Shown here: piece after piece, positions 9,862-19,804 of the stretch | How positions within the stretch are numbered: the first letter of the stretch is position 1 | Layout of the letters: each line of letters opens with the position of its first letter | DNA from: Chitinophagaceae bacterium | GTDB taxonomy: Bacteria > Bacteroidota > Bacteroidia > Chitinophagales > Chitinophagaceae | DNA length: 64,000 nucleotides | Direction of reading: 5' to 3' | NCBI GenBank assembly: GCA_031400855.1 | Contig: JANNQR010000045.1 | Span: forward strand, 690-64,689 | Notes under the pieces: model-generated | What the model was told of the DNA's origin: nothing | Database searches by the model: none | Seen by the model: only the letters and a program-made list of their open reading frames with translations | Translations under genes and position numbers: made by a program

Positions 9862-11097
9862 TTAATCCTTATTCTTGTCTTTATCCTTAAACTTTTTCTT
9901 AAACGAATAGATGCTAATCGAACCACTGCTATAACTGCACACCCAAGCTTCCAGTGTTTTATCATTTTCAAATATATCAACACCCACCGGATGGCCGCCA
10001 CAGGGCAAAGATGCCACTTTCTCAAAGTTGTCGGAATTGATTTTGTACACATCCACATAGTCACTGGTGTAGCAGGTTACGAAAATAAACTTATGATTTT
10101 TTGATAATACAATCGTTCTGGGTTGCGAATGGGTTTTAGCAGAATATAATTGTTTGCCTGTCGCCACATCTATACAAGCAATAGTGCCGAGGCTGTTGTA
10201 CGATACAAATAAATGTCCGCTGGTATCCATTACAATATGCCGGGGGCTGCTCCACACATTCAGAATGCTTTCGCTTTTCCAGGTATTGTTATCTACCACA
10301 TTCAAACTGGAACCACCCATAATGGCGATATAGGATTTTTGATTCTTATCATCCACGGCTATACCTCTTGGAATAGCTGATACAGGAATGGTGCTGATCA
10401 CTTTTCCATAGGGTAAAGCTGTTGAATCCATTTGGAGCACACTTGTATTTCTTGAATGCCAGTTGCTTACTAATAAATATTTACTGTCAGCGGTTCTGGA
10501 TATTACTTTTGGTGTTTTACCGGTTTCAATCAATGGTACCCTGAAAGAATCTTTTTTCATTTCACCGGGATAAATAACGGTCACCGGTTTTGTTTTTTGT
10601 TCAGCGGTAGTAACCGCATTATTTTTTGAAAAATTATTTACCCAAATCGGAACAATACCATCAGCATTATGCAAAGACACCCATAATGTTTCATCACCAT
10701 GACTGAAACAGGCTTCTACCGGTTTTTCCTGGTAAGATGCGATGGGACGGCTGCGGTTATAATCCCAGCCCATTCCCCGGGTTGGGGTGAATTTGAATTC
10801 ACGGGTCAGTTTCCTGCTGGCCTGATTAAATTCATAAACACTCATTCCTTCCAGGTTCATGGCATAAAGTTTTGAACCAGTAGCATTAAAAATGACAGAT
10901 TTAGTGCCTTCGGCAGCATTCAAAACCTCCTTTTTTTCATATTCAATATCTGAATAGGGTTTAAGGGGCGGAGTTACAGGAATCGAATCTTTAACGACCT
11001 TTTTCAAAAGTGAATCGTTAGATATCTCCTTGCTTCCAGAGTTGTTGCAACTTGTAGTCAGGATGAAAAAAGTGAAAGCGGATAGTATCGTTTGCAT
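9862..11097 (-). CDS. YncE/YVTN-type beta-propeller lipoprotein
   Basis: Lipobox LTTSC; repeats TGKTPKVI, SAIPRGIAVD, SSPRHIV, SQPRTIVLS, GGHPVGVD. Confidence 0.8.
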   Translation of the reverse strand: MQTILSAFTFFILTTSCNNSGSKEISNDSLLKKVVKDSIPVTPPLKPYSDIEYEKKEVLNAAEGTKSVIFNATGSKLYAMNLEGMSVYEFNQASRKLTREFKFTPTRGMGWDYNRSRPIASYQEKPVEACFSHGDETLWVSLHNADGIVPIWVNNFSKNNAVTTAEQKTKPVTVIYPGEMKKDSFRVPLIETGKTPKVISRTADSKYLLVSNWHSRNTSVLQMDSTALPYGKVISTIPVSAIPRGIAVDDKNQKSYIAIMGGSSLNVVDNNTWKSESILNVWSSPRHIVMDTSGHLFVSYNSLGTIACIDVATGKQLYSAKTHSQPRTIVLSKNHKFIFVTCYTSDYVDVYKINSDNFEKVASLPCGGHPVGVDIFENDKTLEAWVCSYSSGSISIYSFKKKFKDKDKNKD

Positions 11098-11364
11098 TGT
11101 TCGAAGTAATGATAAATTTGTTAAAATCTCCCCTTTAAATTATGTTGATTTGTCTCAATTTCCACATCCTGTTAAGAATTCTAAATCACTTATTCACAAT
11201 GATTTAGGATGCTAACAATTTTATCCAACTAATTTCGTTTAAAAATGTGATTATTTCTGGGTTGTAACCTTTATTTTTGCCCACCTCACAAGGAGGAAAC
11301 TGTTTGCTTGCTGGCAGACAGCTTTTATTAACCAGATTAGAAAATCATCCTAAAGAAGAAAAAC

Positions 11365-12144
11365 ATGGTTAAACAATTTATACCAGCAGTTGCTTTTATA
11401 TTTTTACTCAGCAGTTGTTCTACGTTCAAGCCTTTAAATTTTACCAGTAATAGACAAGTAGCTACTGCTAATGCAATTACATCACAATCAAAATTTATTG
11501 AAGATATTTCCGTAACAGCTCCTGTTGTTGCAGATAAAACGACAGTAGTAAAGGCTGAGCCTCAGGGTAAACAACACGATATTTCAACCTCAATAACTCC
11601 CGGTGAGGCTACAAAAAGTAAAGCACAATCTGAAAAGGCAGAAGCTGATATGTTAGCAATGCTAATGGCGAGCCGTAAAGAAGAACCAGAAATAGAAGAT
11701 GCTTCGTCAGTACAGCTTAAATATTCGGTATTGTTGAAGACGGAAGTTGAATCTTTACCCAGTAAAACTTTATTAGACAATGTAGATAGTTGGTATGGTG
11801 TCCGCTATATCACAGGGGGCAATACCAAAAAAGGGGTTGATTGTTCCGGGTTTACTGTGGCAGTTTATTCAGATGTTTATGGAATTAATTTACCAAGGGT
11901 TTCAAGAGAGCAATACCGGATCAGCAGGAAGATTTCGACAACAGAATTGGAAGAAGGCGATCTTGTTTTCTTTATTACTAAAGGTAATGGAGTATCGCAT
12001 GTTGGCATCTATCTGGGTAATAATAAATTCATTCATGCTACCGTCCACAAGGGCATTATGGTGAATGATCTTTCTGAATCTTATTACGCTAAACGTTATT
12101 TTGGTTCCGGAAGGATCGATGACAAACAAATTGTCAGTAATTAA
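11365..12144 (+). CDS. NlpC/P60 (C40) peptidoglycan endopeptidase lipoprotein
   Basis: Lipobox LLSSC; W.GVRY..GG, DCSGF catalytic Cys, GDLVFF, HVGIYLG, FIHA. Confidence 0.93.
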   Translation: MVKQFIPAVAFIFLLSSCSTFKPLNFTSNRQVATANAITSQSKFIEDISVTAPVVADKTTVVKAEPQGKQHDISTSITPGEATKSKAQSEKAEADMLAMLMASRKEEPEIEDASSVQLKYSVLLKTEVESLPSKTLLDNVDSWYGVRYITGGNTKKGVDCSGFTVAVYSDVYGINLPRVSREQYRISRKISTTELEEGDLVFFITKGNGVSHVGIYLGNNKFIHATVHKGIMVNDLSESYYAKRYFGSGRIDDKQIVSN

Positions 12145-13649
12145 TCCTTCTTAATTCCCATTTTTCTTTTAATGGTAAGTATCACTGGCTGAATATCCGG
12201 TGATAATTTCATGTAAACAGTACTTGTGGCATACAATAAGATGAATACAATACTGCGCAGGAACATTCCTGCCAACCCATGTATGTTCAAAAAGGCGAAA
12301 TGGCAAATACCATAGCAGGCTGCCGCCAATAGAACAGTATAGAGAGATTGAATGGTAAGAGGAAAAAGTTTAAATTTTTTCCACAGAAATGCTATCCGTA
12401 TAATATTATAAATTGTAACAGACACTAATGTTCCAATTGCCGGGCCTATGATGCCATATTCTTTTGTGAGGATATATGTAAGGGGTAGCATTATTATCAA
12501 TAATATTACTCCACTGACCAATTCAAACTTCCAATAGATGGAAGTAGCAATTATTTGTGCATTGACACCGGTGCCCATGTCAATAATTTTTGTTATCCCC
12601 AACACAAAGAAAACCCAACCGGCATTGAGATAAGATGGTTTTATTCCGAATGTATTAATAGCATCCGTAAAATTCATCCATATCAGTAAAAAAATAGCGC
12701 AGGCAAAAATGAGTTGGTTAATGGATGACCGTTGATATACTTTTTGCAATAGTGCCATGTTCTTATCCTTCCATGCTTTGGATAAATGGGAAATTGACGC
12801 AGCGACAATAGCCCGCTGCGGTGCCTGGATAATACTAACCATTATAGTGGCAAGTCCGAACACACCGGCTTTGGCAGGACCATCTTCTAAAGCGGAAGCT
12901 ATAATAATGGTATCAAAAACCTGGGAAAGAGTAAAGATTAATGTGCCACCATAAACAAATGAACAGAGAGCTATAATTTTTTTAAAAAACCGTCTACTGA
13001 CTTTACTTACTTTGAAGGTGAAGCGGATTTTTTTTGTAAAAACCAGATACACAAACAAACTAATTGCAATGCCGGGATAGGTAAAGGCAAAAAGCCGGAT
13101 GAACAGATCAAAATCAGTGATCGTATTGGTAATAAACAACACAATTAATATGGTGGTAAATAATCTCCATTGTACTTCCTTAAAAAAAGTGGTGAGCACT
13201 GATTTATGAAGGCTCCAGGCATAGGCTTCCAGCACAGTATAAATGGTGAGGCCAAGACCCATTGGAAATATCCAGTAGTAATAGCTGACTAACTGCGGAG
13301 AATTGGTGCCGAATTTTTTTAAGACCAAATGTTTTAATGCCCAGCCAGCTATCATCACTAATACAAACCCAATAGTGCTTACTACTAAGGCCCATGTTAT
13401 CATATCATTCTTATCCTGGGGGAGGTTCTCATTATAATAAGGATGAAACTTAAAAATATAAGAAGGCATAGCCATGGCAGCGAACGCCGACATCATTGTA
13501 GCTATTGCAATGAATATGGTGGTTAGCCCGTATTCAGCTTCTGTAAAATTTCCCTGGCGGGTAAAAAAATAAGTGTTCAGTAAGCCGACAGCAAAGCCGA
13601 TATAAATTACAAGGGATGAGATAATACTTTGCCGGCGAATATTGCTCAT
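12141..13649 (-). CDS. Polysaccharide biosynthesis / Wzx-like flippase (MOP superfamily)
   Basis: About 14 hydrophobic TM segments, N-terminal IRRQSIISSLVIYIGFAVG typical of the Bacteroidota family. Confidence 0.8.
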   Translation of the reverse strand: MSNIRRQSIISSLVIYIGFAVGLLNTYFFTRQGNFTEAEYGLTTIFIAIATMMSAFAAMAMPSYIFKFHPYYNENLPQDKNDMITWALVVSTIGFVLVMIAGWALKHLVLKKFGTNSPQLVSYYYWIFPMGLGLTIYTVLEAYAWSLHKSVLTTFFKEVQWRLFTTILIVLFITNTITDFDLFIRLFAFTYPGIAISLFVYLVFTKKIRFTFKVSKVSRRFFKKIIALCSFVYGGTLIFTLSQVFDTIIIASALEDGPAKAGVFGLATIMVSIIQAPQRAIVAASISHLSKAWKDKNMALLQKVYQRSSINQLIFACAIFLLIWMNFTDAINTFGIKPSYLNAGWVFFVLGITKIIDMGTGVNAQIIATSIYWKFELVSGVILLIIMLPLTYILTKEYGIIGPAIGTLVSVTIYNIIRIAFLWKKFKLFPLTIQSLYTVLLAAACYGICHFAFLNIHGLAGMFLRSIVFILLYATSTVYMKLSPDIQPVILTIKRKMGIKKD

Positions 13650-13689
13650 ATCATAAAGTTAAGAGGGGAATGGCGAGTGACAAGTGAGG

Positions 13690-15405
13690 TTATTCTGTTT
13701 TCTTTATACTGATGTAATAATTTTTGTTGATGTCCATACTGTAATTCAGCGGCAAATCAAAATTTTGCCACTCTGTTTTGGGATAAATAATGAATCGTTT
13801 TCCGCCAGTTAATGGAACCGGCATATTAAAACCATCAACACAGTTCGTCCAACGGTATGAAATTTTTCTTTCTTTTATTTTATATTCCAGTACAGGTATT
13901 TTCGCTGTTCTTAAATATTGGTCAAAAATTTTAGATAAATCTTTTCCTGATTGTTTCGAGAAATAAACTTCCACATCTTTTGAATCAACTGTCTGGTGAT
14001 AAAAATCTTTATTTAAACCTCTCATTATCTTTCTGAAAACAGAATCATTATCAATCACCTGTCGTATAGTATGTAAAAGATTAGCTCCTTTGTTATACAT
14101 ATCACCGCTGCCTTCCATGTTTACTCCATATAACCCAATCAGGGGTTTGTAATTTCCGATATTTGATCTGAGCCCCTGTACATATTCATCACCTGCTTTT
14201 TTGCCATACTGATATTCTACAAATAAGGCTTCTGAATACATGGTAAAGCCTTCATGCACCCACATATCCGCAATATCATTAGTAGTAATATTGTTGCCAA
14301 ACCATTCATGGCCGCTTTCATGAATAATAATATAATCCCACTTTAATCCCCAGCCTGTACCTGAAAGATCTCTGCCCAGATAGCCGTCCATATAATGATT
14401 TCCATAGGCGGTTGCACTTTGGTGCTCCATTCCAAGGTGTGACGACTCAACAAGTTTAAAACCGTCTTCATAAAAAGGGTAGGGGCCAAACCAGTATTCA
14501 AAAGCTTTGAGCATGGGTTTTACATCCCGGCCAAATTGCTTCTTAGCTTTCTCTACATTATAATCCAGTACCCAATAATCCAATGAAAGATTTTTTTCTG
14601 TTTCACCAATATAGTTATCGGAAATATGAACATACTTCCCGATATAGGGCACAATATTATAATTGTTAATCGGGTTTTTTACCTGCCAGGTATAAAGCAT
14701 GCTGCCATCTTTCTGGTCATCTTTTGAATATAGTTTTCCATTGGCCACCGCCACTAATGTATCTGGAACTTTTACCTGTATCAATGCTCCCTGATCGGGT
14801 TCATCGCTTTGGTGATCTTTGCAGGGATACCACACACTGGCTCCCAATCCCTGGCAGGCTACTGTCATCCACGGACGGCCTTTGGCATCTTTGCCCCAAA
14901 TCCAACCACCATCCCAGGGCGGGTTAATGGCTTCACGGGGTTTGCCTTTGAAGTAAATTTTAATGCTATGAAGTGTAACAGGGTGGTGCCGTTGCAATGC
15001 TGTTTTAGCGGATACAAAATTGAAGCTGCCAAAGTCAATGATATAAACATTGCCGTTTCGTTTGAAAGTTTTTACTTTTTTATTGTTGAAAATGATACTA
15101 TCAATCGCCATTGGCTGTTGCAGGTCTATCTGCATCTTTTTATTCTTTCCGTCGCTATTTACATCAAAACCTATTTGGTTCCAGCCCTTAATGGTTTTTG
15201 ATTGATAGTCGGGAGCTATATAAATATTATAGGAAACCACATTCCACCAGGCCCTTTCAGGAGTGATGCTGCCACGAAGTGTATCCTGACGGGTGAACTT
15301 ACCTTTTGGGTTTAATGGTTGTGCACAGGTGCTTTTTGAAAAGCAAAGTGTAACTGCAATAAGGGAAGCATACGAAAAATAAATAAACCGGCTAATGTAT
15401 TTCAA
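13690..15405 (-). CDS. M1-family metallo-aminopeptidase
   Basis: GMEHQS exopeptidase motif, HESGHEW zinc motif, WVHEGFTMYSE, MYNKGA; signal peptide; TTG start. Confidence 0.92.
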   Translation of the reverse strand: MKYISRFIYFSYASLIAVTLCFSKSTCAQPLNPKGKFTRQDTLRGSITPERAWWNVVSYNIYIAPDYQSKTIKGWNQIGFDVNSDGKNKKMQIDLQQPMAIDSIIFNNKKVKTFKRNGNVYIIDFGSFNFVSAKTALQRHHPVTLHSIKIYFKGKPREAINPPWDGGWIWGKDAKGRPWMTVACQGLGASVWYPCKDHQSDEPDQGALIQVKVPDTLVAVANGKLYSKDDQKDGSMLYTWQVKNPINNYNIVPYIGKYVHISDNYIGETEKNLSLDYWVLDYNVEKAKKQFGRDVKPMLKAFEYWFGPYPFYEDGFKLVESSHLGMEHQSATAYGNHYMDGYLGRDLSGTGWGLKWDYIIIHESGHEWFGNNITTNDIADMWVHEGFTMYSEALFVEYQYGKKAGDEYVQGLRSNIGNYKPLIGLYGVNMEGSGDMYNKGANLLHTIRQVIDNDSVFRKIMRGLNKDFYHQTVDSKDVEVYFSKQSGKDLSKIFDQYLRTAKIPVLEYKIKERKISYRWTNCVDGFNMPVPLTGGKRFIIYPKTEWQNFDLPLNYSMDINKNYYISIKKTE

Positions 15406-15449
15406 AGTGGTATGTTTTGTTAGCGTAAATTTAAGCTTTGATATTTAAG

Positions 15450-17084
15450 ATGAAAGTTAAAAGTAATTGCATAAAAATACTGTTTCTTGTGGTGTTCACA
15501 GGCCAGTTAGCTGCCTGTTACAACAAAAAAAATAGTGAAGGGAACATTTTCCACTATAACGAGTTTAACGGTATATCCTCTCTTGATCCGGCTTTTGCTA
15601 AAAGCCAGTCGACTATGTGGGCGGCTCATCAGTTATATAATACGTTAGTCGAAATAGATGATAGCCTGCATATCATTCCATCATTAGCTAAAAGTTGGGA
15701 CATTTCATCCGACAGAACTGTTTTTACTTTCCATTTGAGAGACGACGTTTTTTTTCATGATGATGAAGTTTTTCCCGGAGGTGAAGGAAGAAAATTTACG
15801 GCAGGGGATGTGGAATATAGTTTTTCCCGGATCATTAATAAACAAACGGCCAGTCCCGGTGCATGGATTTTTAACCGGAAGGTAGATACCCTCCAGCCCT
15901 TTAAAGCGATTGATGATTCTACTTTTCAGTTAAAACTGCTTCAACCGTATATTCCAATGCTTGGAATTATTTCAATGCAATATTGTTCGATTGTAGCAAA
16001 AGAAGCCGTAGAGAAATACGGGAATGATTTTCGCCGACATCCTGTTGGTACCGGACCTTTTTATTTTGTGGACTGGGAAGAAGGTCAGGCATTGGTATTG
16101 AAAAAAAATAAACAATATTTTGAAAAAGATGAATCAGGTAACAGGCTCCCTTATCTGGATGGTGTGAATGTGTCTTTTTATGAAAGCAAAGCAACAGAGT
16201 TTTTATTATTCCGGCAAAAGCAACTGGAGTTTATCAATGATATTGAATCATCTTTTAAAGATGAAGTACTGACAAAGAAAGGAATGTTGCGAAAAGAGTG
16301 GGAGGGGAAAATTGAATTACAGGTCAATCCATATCTGAACATTGAGTATCTCGGTATTCTTGTTGACTCAGCGAATGATCTGGTGAAAAATTCACCGATG
16401 CGGTTAAAAAAGATCCGACAGGCTATCAATTATGGGTTCGATCGCAGAAAAATGGTACTATATCTCCGGAACTCTCTGGGTACACCAGCCGAATCAGGAT
16501 TTGTACCAATGGGGCTCCCATCTTTTGATTCATCCATCGTAAAAGGGTATCACTACAATCCATTTAAGACAAAACAATTACTGGCAGAAGCTGGTTTTCC
16601 GGATGGGAAAGGATTGCCTGCTATTAAATTACTCACCATTGCTATTTATGCTGATATGGCCAATTTCATCGCCAAGCAATTAGAAGAATCGGGCATACCA
16701 GTTCAGGTGGACGTACTTCAAAAGTCTTTACTGTTAACCATGACATCCGGTTCAAGGGCCGCATTTTTCCGGGGTAGTTGGATTGCTGATTATCCTGATG
16801 CAGAGAACTATTTGTCTGTTTTTTATTCTAAAAATCCGGCACCGCCAAACTATACAAGATATAAAAGTGCAAGTTTTGATGCACTATTCGAAAAAGCTTT
16901 AAAAGAAGATAACGATTCGCTTCGTTATAAACTTTACCGGCAAGCTGACCAGGTTATGATTGAAGATGCTCCGGTGGTACCGCTGTGGTATGATAAAGTG
17001 GTGAGATTAGTACAGCCAAATGTAAAAGGGTTTAAACCCAATGCGCTTAACCTTCTCGAACTACGAAAAGTAAAAATATATTAG
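15450..17084 (+). CDS. ABC transporter substrate-binding protein, family 5 (peptide/nickel-type) lipoprotein
   Basis: Lipobox LAAC, SSLDPAFA, LAKSWDIS, FHLRDDVFFHD, PVGTGPF, W.ADYPDAENYL; ATG at 15450 preferred over TTG 15438. Confidence 0.9.
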   Translation: MKVKSNCIKILFLVVFTGQLAACYNKKNSEGNIFHYNEFNGISSLDPAFAKSQSTMWAAHQLYNTLVEIDDSLHIIPSLAKSWDISSDRTVFTFHLRDDVFFHDDEVFPGGEGRKFTAGDVEYSFSRIINKQTASPGAWIFNRKVDTLQPFKAIDDSTFQLKLLQPYIPMLGIISMQYCSIVAKEAVEKYGNDFRRHPVGTGPFYFVDWEEGQALVLKKNKQYFEKDESGNRLPYLDGVNVSFYESKATEFLLFRQKQLEFINDIESSFKDEVLTKKGMLRKEWEGKIELQVNPYLNIEYLGILVDSANDLVKNSPMRLKKIRQAINYGFDRRKMVLYLRNSLGTPAESGFVPMGLPSFDSSIVKGYHYNPFKTKQLLAEAGFPDGKGLPAIKLLTIAIYADMANFIAKQLEESGIPVQVDVLQKSLLLTMTSGSRAAFFRGSWIADYPDAENYLSVFYSKNPAPPNYTRYKSASFDALFEKALKEDNDSLRYKLYRQADQVMIEDAPVVPLWYDKVVRLVQPNVKGFKPNALNLLELRKVKIY

Positions 17085-17301
17085 CTGTAAATACAGATGT
17101 TCAGTTCTAAATCGTAGAACTACTATAAAATAGTTTTAGAAATTTTACGATAACTATTGCAGAATTGAGAAAGAGAAATTACTTTAGCTATCCGGTTATT
17201 GATCTTATCTATTTTATCTGACTTGATAGCTGGTTACAAAATCCATTTTCTCAGATTGACTAAACTGAGCCGGATCTTATAAAAACTAAAATTTCCGTAC
17301 A

Positions 17302-18555
17302 ATGCAATGTCTCTTTACACATTTTGTTTTGTCTGTTTCCTTTACATGCTTCTTTCAAAATGCCATTAAAGCTCAGGCAGATTATACGTTTAAAAATCCT
17401 GTTCTTATATCTGGTATCAATTTACAAACCGGAGCTGTTTATAAATTCAGTAATGTAAAGGGAGGTTTAGATGCAAAAATTACAATTACGGGATCCACAG
17501 GTGGCGTCACGTTAAGTTCTATAGATGAAAGTAACAAAGGATATACAGACGCTTTTCAACCTGAAATAAATGTGGCGCCTAACTCAAACGGATACATAGA
17601 ATTCAAAATTGATTTTTTTAATGCTGTAAACGGAAGTCTTCAACAACAGGAGTTGATACCTGTTACTTGCTTGGATGTTGATGGTATTACTTATAGCGAT
17701 GGAAAATTATATCATGAGGATCAGGTACAGTACATGCCTGGTTATTTTGATTATAACATAACCGGAGGTAGTTTAAAAGTTACAAACTCCGGGAATTGGA
17801 TTGTAATTAAAAATACAACTGGTTTTAGTTATGCCGGTATAGATACTTTGTATCAGGATGTAATGGCAACAGTGGTGAATAGTAATACTTCGGGCTTCCT
17901 GATTCGGGTAGGTGCTGTTAATACATCTTCAACTCATTCAGCAATTCGCAATAGCAACGTTTACTTTAAGAAATTTACTTATTCTAAGCCACGAACATTG
18001 CCTAACAGGACTATGTTGAGCCTTAGTGGAAAAATGAAAAATGCCGGAGTCGAATTAAAAGGAACTTTATCCTCCAGTCATTCTTACGAAAGATTGGTCA
18101 TTGAAAAAGCTGCTGCATCTGGCTTGTTTGAATATGTGGACGAAATAGATATTTCGTCCACCACATTCAACGGGTATTCTTTTACTTATTTTGATTCCAG
18201 GGTTACAGGGAGTGTAAACTATTACAGGATTCATCTTCTTAGTAATAAATACAATATGGAGGAAATCAGTAATACACTGATGGTTAAAAAAGAAAATAGC
18301 CCGAAAGAATTAGAAGTTATTAATACGTTTATACAATCGGGGAATCCGGTGTTAGCAATTAGTTCGTTAAAAGAAGCAGAAGCGGATTTAAAGATCTTTG
18401 AACTGTCAGGCCGGATTATAAAAAGTATCTCTACCCGGCTGAATGCAGGTTATAATAATATTAACCTCTCAGGTCTTAGTTTTTCGAATGGGTGTTTTGT
18501 CTTATTGATCACAACAAAAAATAGTACAATCAGCAAAAAAATATTTATTCTTTAA
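17302..18555 (+). CDS. Secreted protein with T9SS type-A-like C-terminal sorting domain
   Basis: Signal peptide ending AQ; NYYRIHL Ig-like segment; C-terminal LKIFELSGRIIKS...GYNNINLSGL..GCFVLLI...ISKKIFIL. Confidence 0.75.
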   Translation: MQCLFTHFVLSVSFTCFFQNAIKAQADYTFKNPVLISGINLQTGAVYKFSNVKGGLDAKITITGSTGGVTLSSIDESNKGYTDAFQPEINVAPNSNGYIEFKIDFFNAVNGSLQQQELIPVTCLDVDGITYSDGKLYHEDQVQYMPGYFDYNITGGSLKVTNSGNWIVIKNTTGFSYAGIDTLYQDVMATVVNSNTSGFLIRVGAVNTSSTHSAIRNSNVYFKKFTYSKPRTLPNRTMLSLSGKMKNAGVELKGTLSSSHSYERLVIEKAAASGLFEYVDEIDISSTTFNGYSFTYFDSRVTGSVNYYRIHLLSNKYNMEEISNTLMVKKENSPKELEVINTFIQSGNPVLAISSLKEAEADLKIFELSGRIIKSISTRLNAGYNNINLSGLSFSNGCFVLLITTKNSTISKKIFIL

Positions 18556-18574
18556 ATAAAGACAATTAATCTAT

Positions 18575-18906
18575 AGGGCATCTCTAAAAACTTGCCTTTT
18601 CCTCTCCAGATGGAGTTCCCGATTCCGCCTATGGGGCGGGAGAAGGGAAGGAGCGAAGCTCGATAAAGGGGAGATCAAAAAAGTTATACCGATACGACAT
18701 TAAAAGCATGTCCTTCAGTCATACTTGTTGTCTATCGGTATTAATACCTCTGGCAAGGATATTAATTTATACCGATACGAAATTAGAAGCATGTCCTTCA
18801 GTCATACCTGTTGTCTATCGGTATTAATACCTCTGGCAAGGATATTAATTTAAAGTCTATTTGGTATTAAAGTCTATTTGGTATTATATGTTTTTAGAGA
18901 TGCCCT
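18575..18906. mobile_element. MITE-like element with 17-bp perfect terminal inverted repeats
   Basis: AGGGCATCTCTAAAAAC (18575-18591) / GTTTTTAGAGATGCCCT (18890-18906); no ORF; carries nested palindromes and the 83-bp tandem repeat. Confidence 0.75.
18684..18883 (-). repeat. Two tandem 83-bp units plus two 17-bp units (family also at 31195-31416 and 35941-36140)
   Basis: Units 18684-18766 and 18767-18849, then TTAAAGTCTATTTGGTA twice; reverse complement of the other two loci. Confidence 0.92.
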
Positions 18907-18931
18907 TTAATATATGTCAGTAAAAAAATAG

Positions 18932-19639
18932 TTAATGGGATGCTTTTAGTTTTTCTTTAAAAACCTTTCTGAACTTGTCCAACTTCGGACGTATAACAAT
19001 CTTGCAATACGGGTTAGCATTTTCATTTAATTCAAAATATTGCTGATGATAATCTTCAGCCGGATAAAATACGGTAAAAAGAGTTACCTCAGTAACGATT
19101 GGTTTATCAAATGCACCACTTTTATTTAATTCCGTTTTATACTTTTCCGCTTTTTCTTTTTGCTCCTGGTTATGGTAGAAAATTCCACTCCGGTATTGTG
19201 TACCTACATCTGCACCCTGGCGGTTTAATGTTGTTGGGTCATGTGTTTCCCAAAAAACTGCCAGCAATTCATCAAAAGTGATTTTAGCCGTGTCATATAC
19301 AATTTGTAAAGCTTCAGCATGCCCAGTAGTACCTGAACAAACTTCTTTATAAGTTGGATTCGCACCCGGGCCACCAGTATAACCTGATGTGGCGCTGATA
19401 ACTCCCTCCAATTCTTCAAAAATGGCCTCAGTGCACCAGAAGCATCCATTGGCAAACGTGGCGATTCCGGTTCCGGGTATAGCTTGTTGTTGTATAGATT
19501 CCATAGTGTTTTTTGTAATTATTTTAGTTGTTTCAGGCGATTTTTGGGCGCAGGATAAAAGTGTTGTTAGTCCAACAATTCCTGAGGTTAACCAGGTTTT
19601 CATAATATGTACTTTTAAATTCTTCATCTTAATGATCAT
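18932..19639 (-). CDS. msrA: Peptide-methionine (S)-S-oxide reductase, probably an exported lipoprotein (start may be a downstream Met)
   Basis: GCFWC, SGYTGG, GHAEA, HDPTTLNRQGADVGTQYRSGIF, AEDYHQQY; LLSC lipobox-like. Confidence 0.95.
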   Translation of the reverse strand: MIIKMKNLKVHIMKTWLTSGIVGLTTLLSCAQKSPETTKIITKNTMESIQQQAIPGTGIATFANGCFWCTEAIFEELEGVISATSGYTGGPGANPTYKEVCSGTTGHAEALQIVYDTAKITFDELLAVFWETHDPTTLNRQGADVGTQYRSGIFYHNQEQKEKAEKYKTELNKSGAFDKPIVTEVTLFTVFYPAEDYHQQYFELNENANPYCKIVIRPKLDKFRKVFKEKLKASH

Positions 19640-19804
19640 GCAAGTTACGTAAAGAGTAATCCGATAGTTTGTCAGATAGCTGCCATATGTTGCCTATTTG
19701 GTAAACTGTTAACAGTAGTAAAACAAATGCAAACCGAAAAGGTTTGTTAATACAATTAACTTTGTCCGCCGGATTATACAAATGATCTTTTCGAAAGGAC
19801 AATT

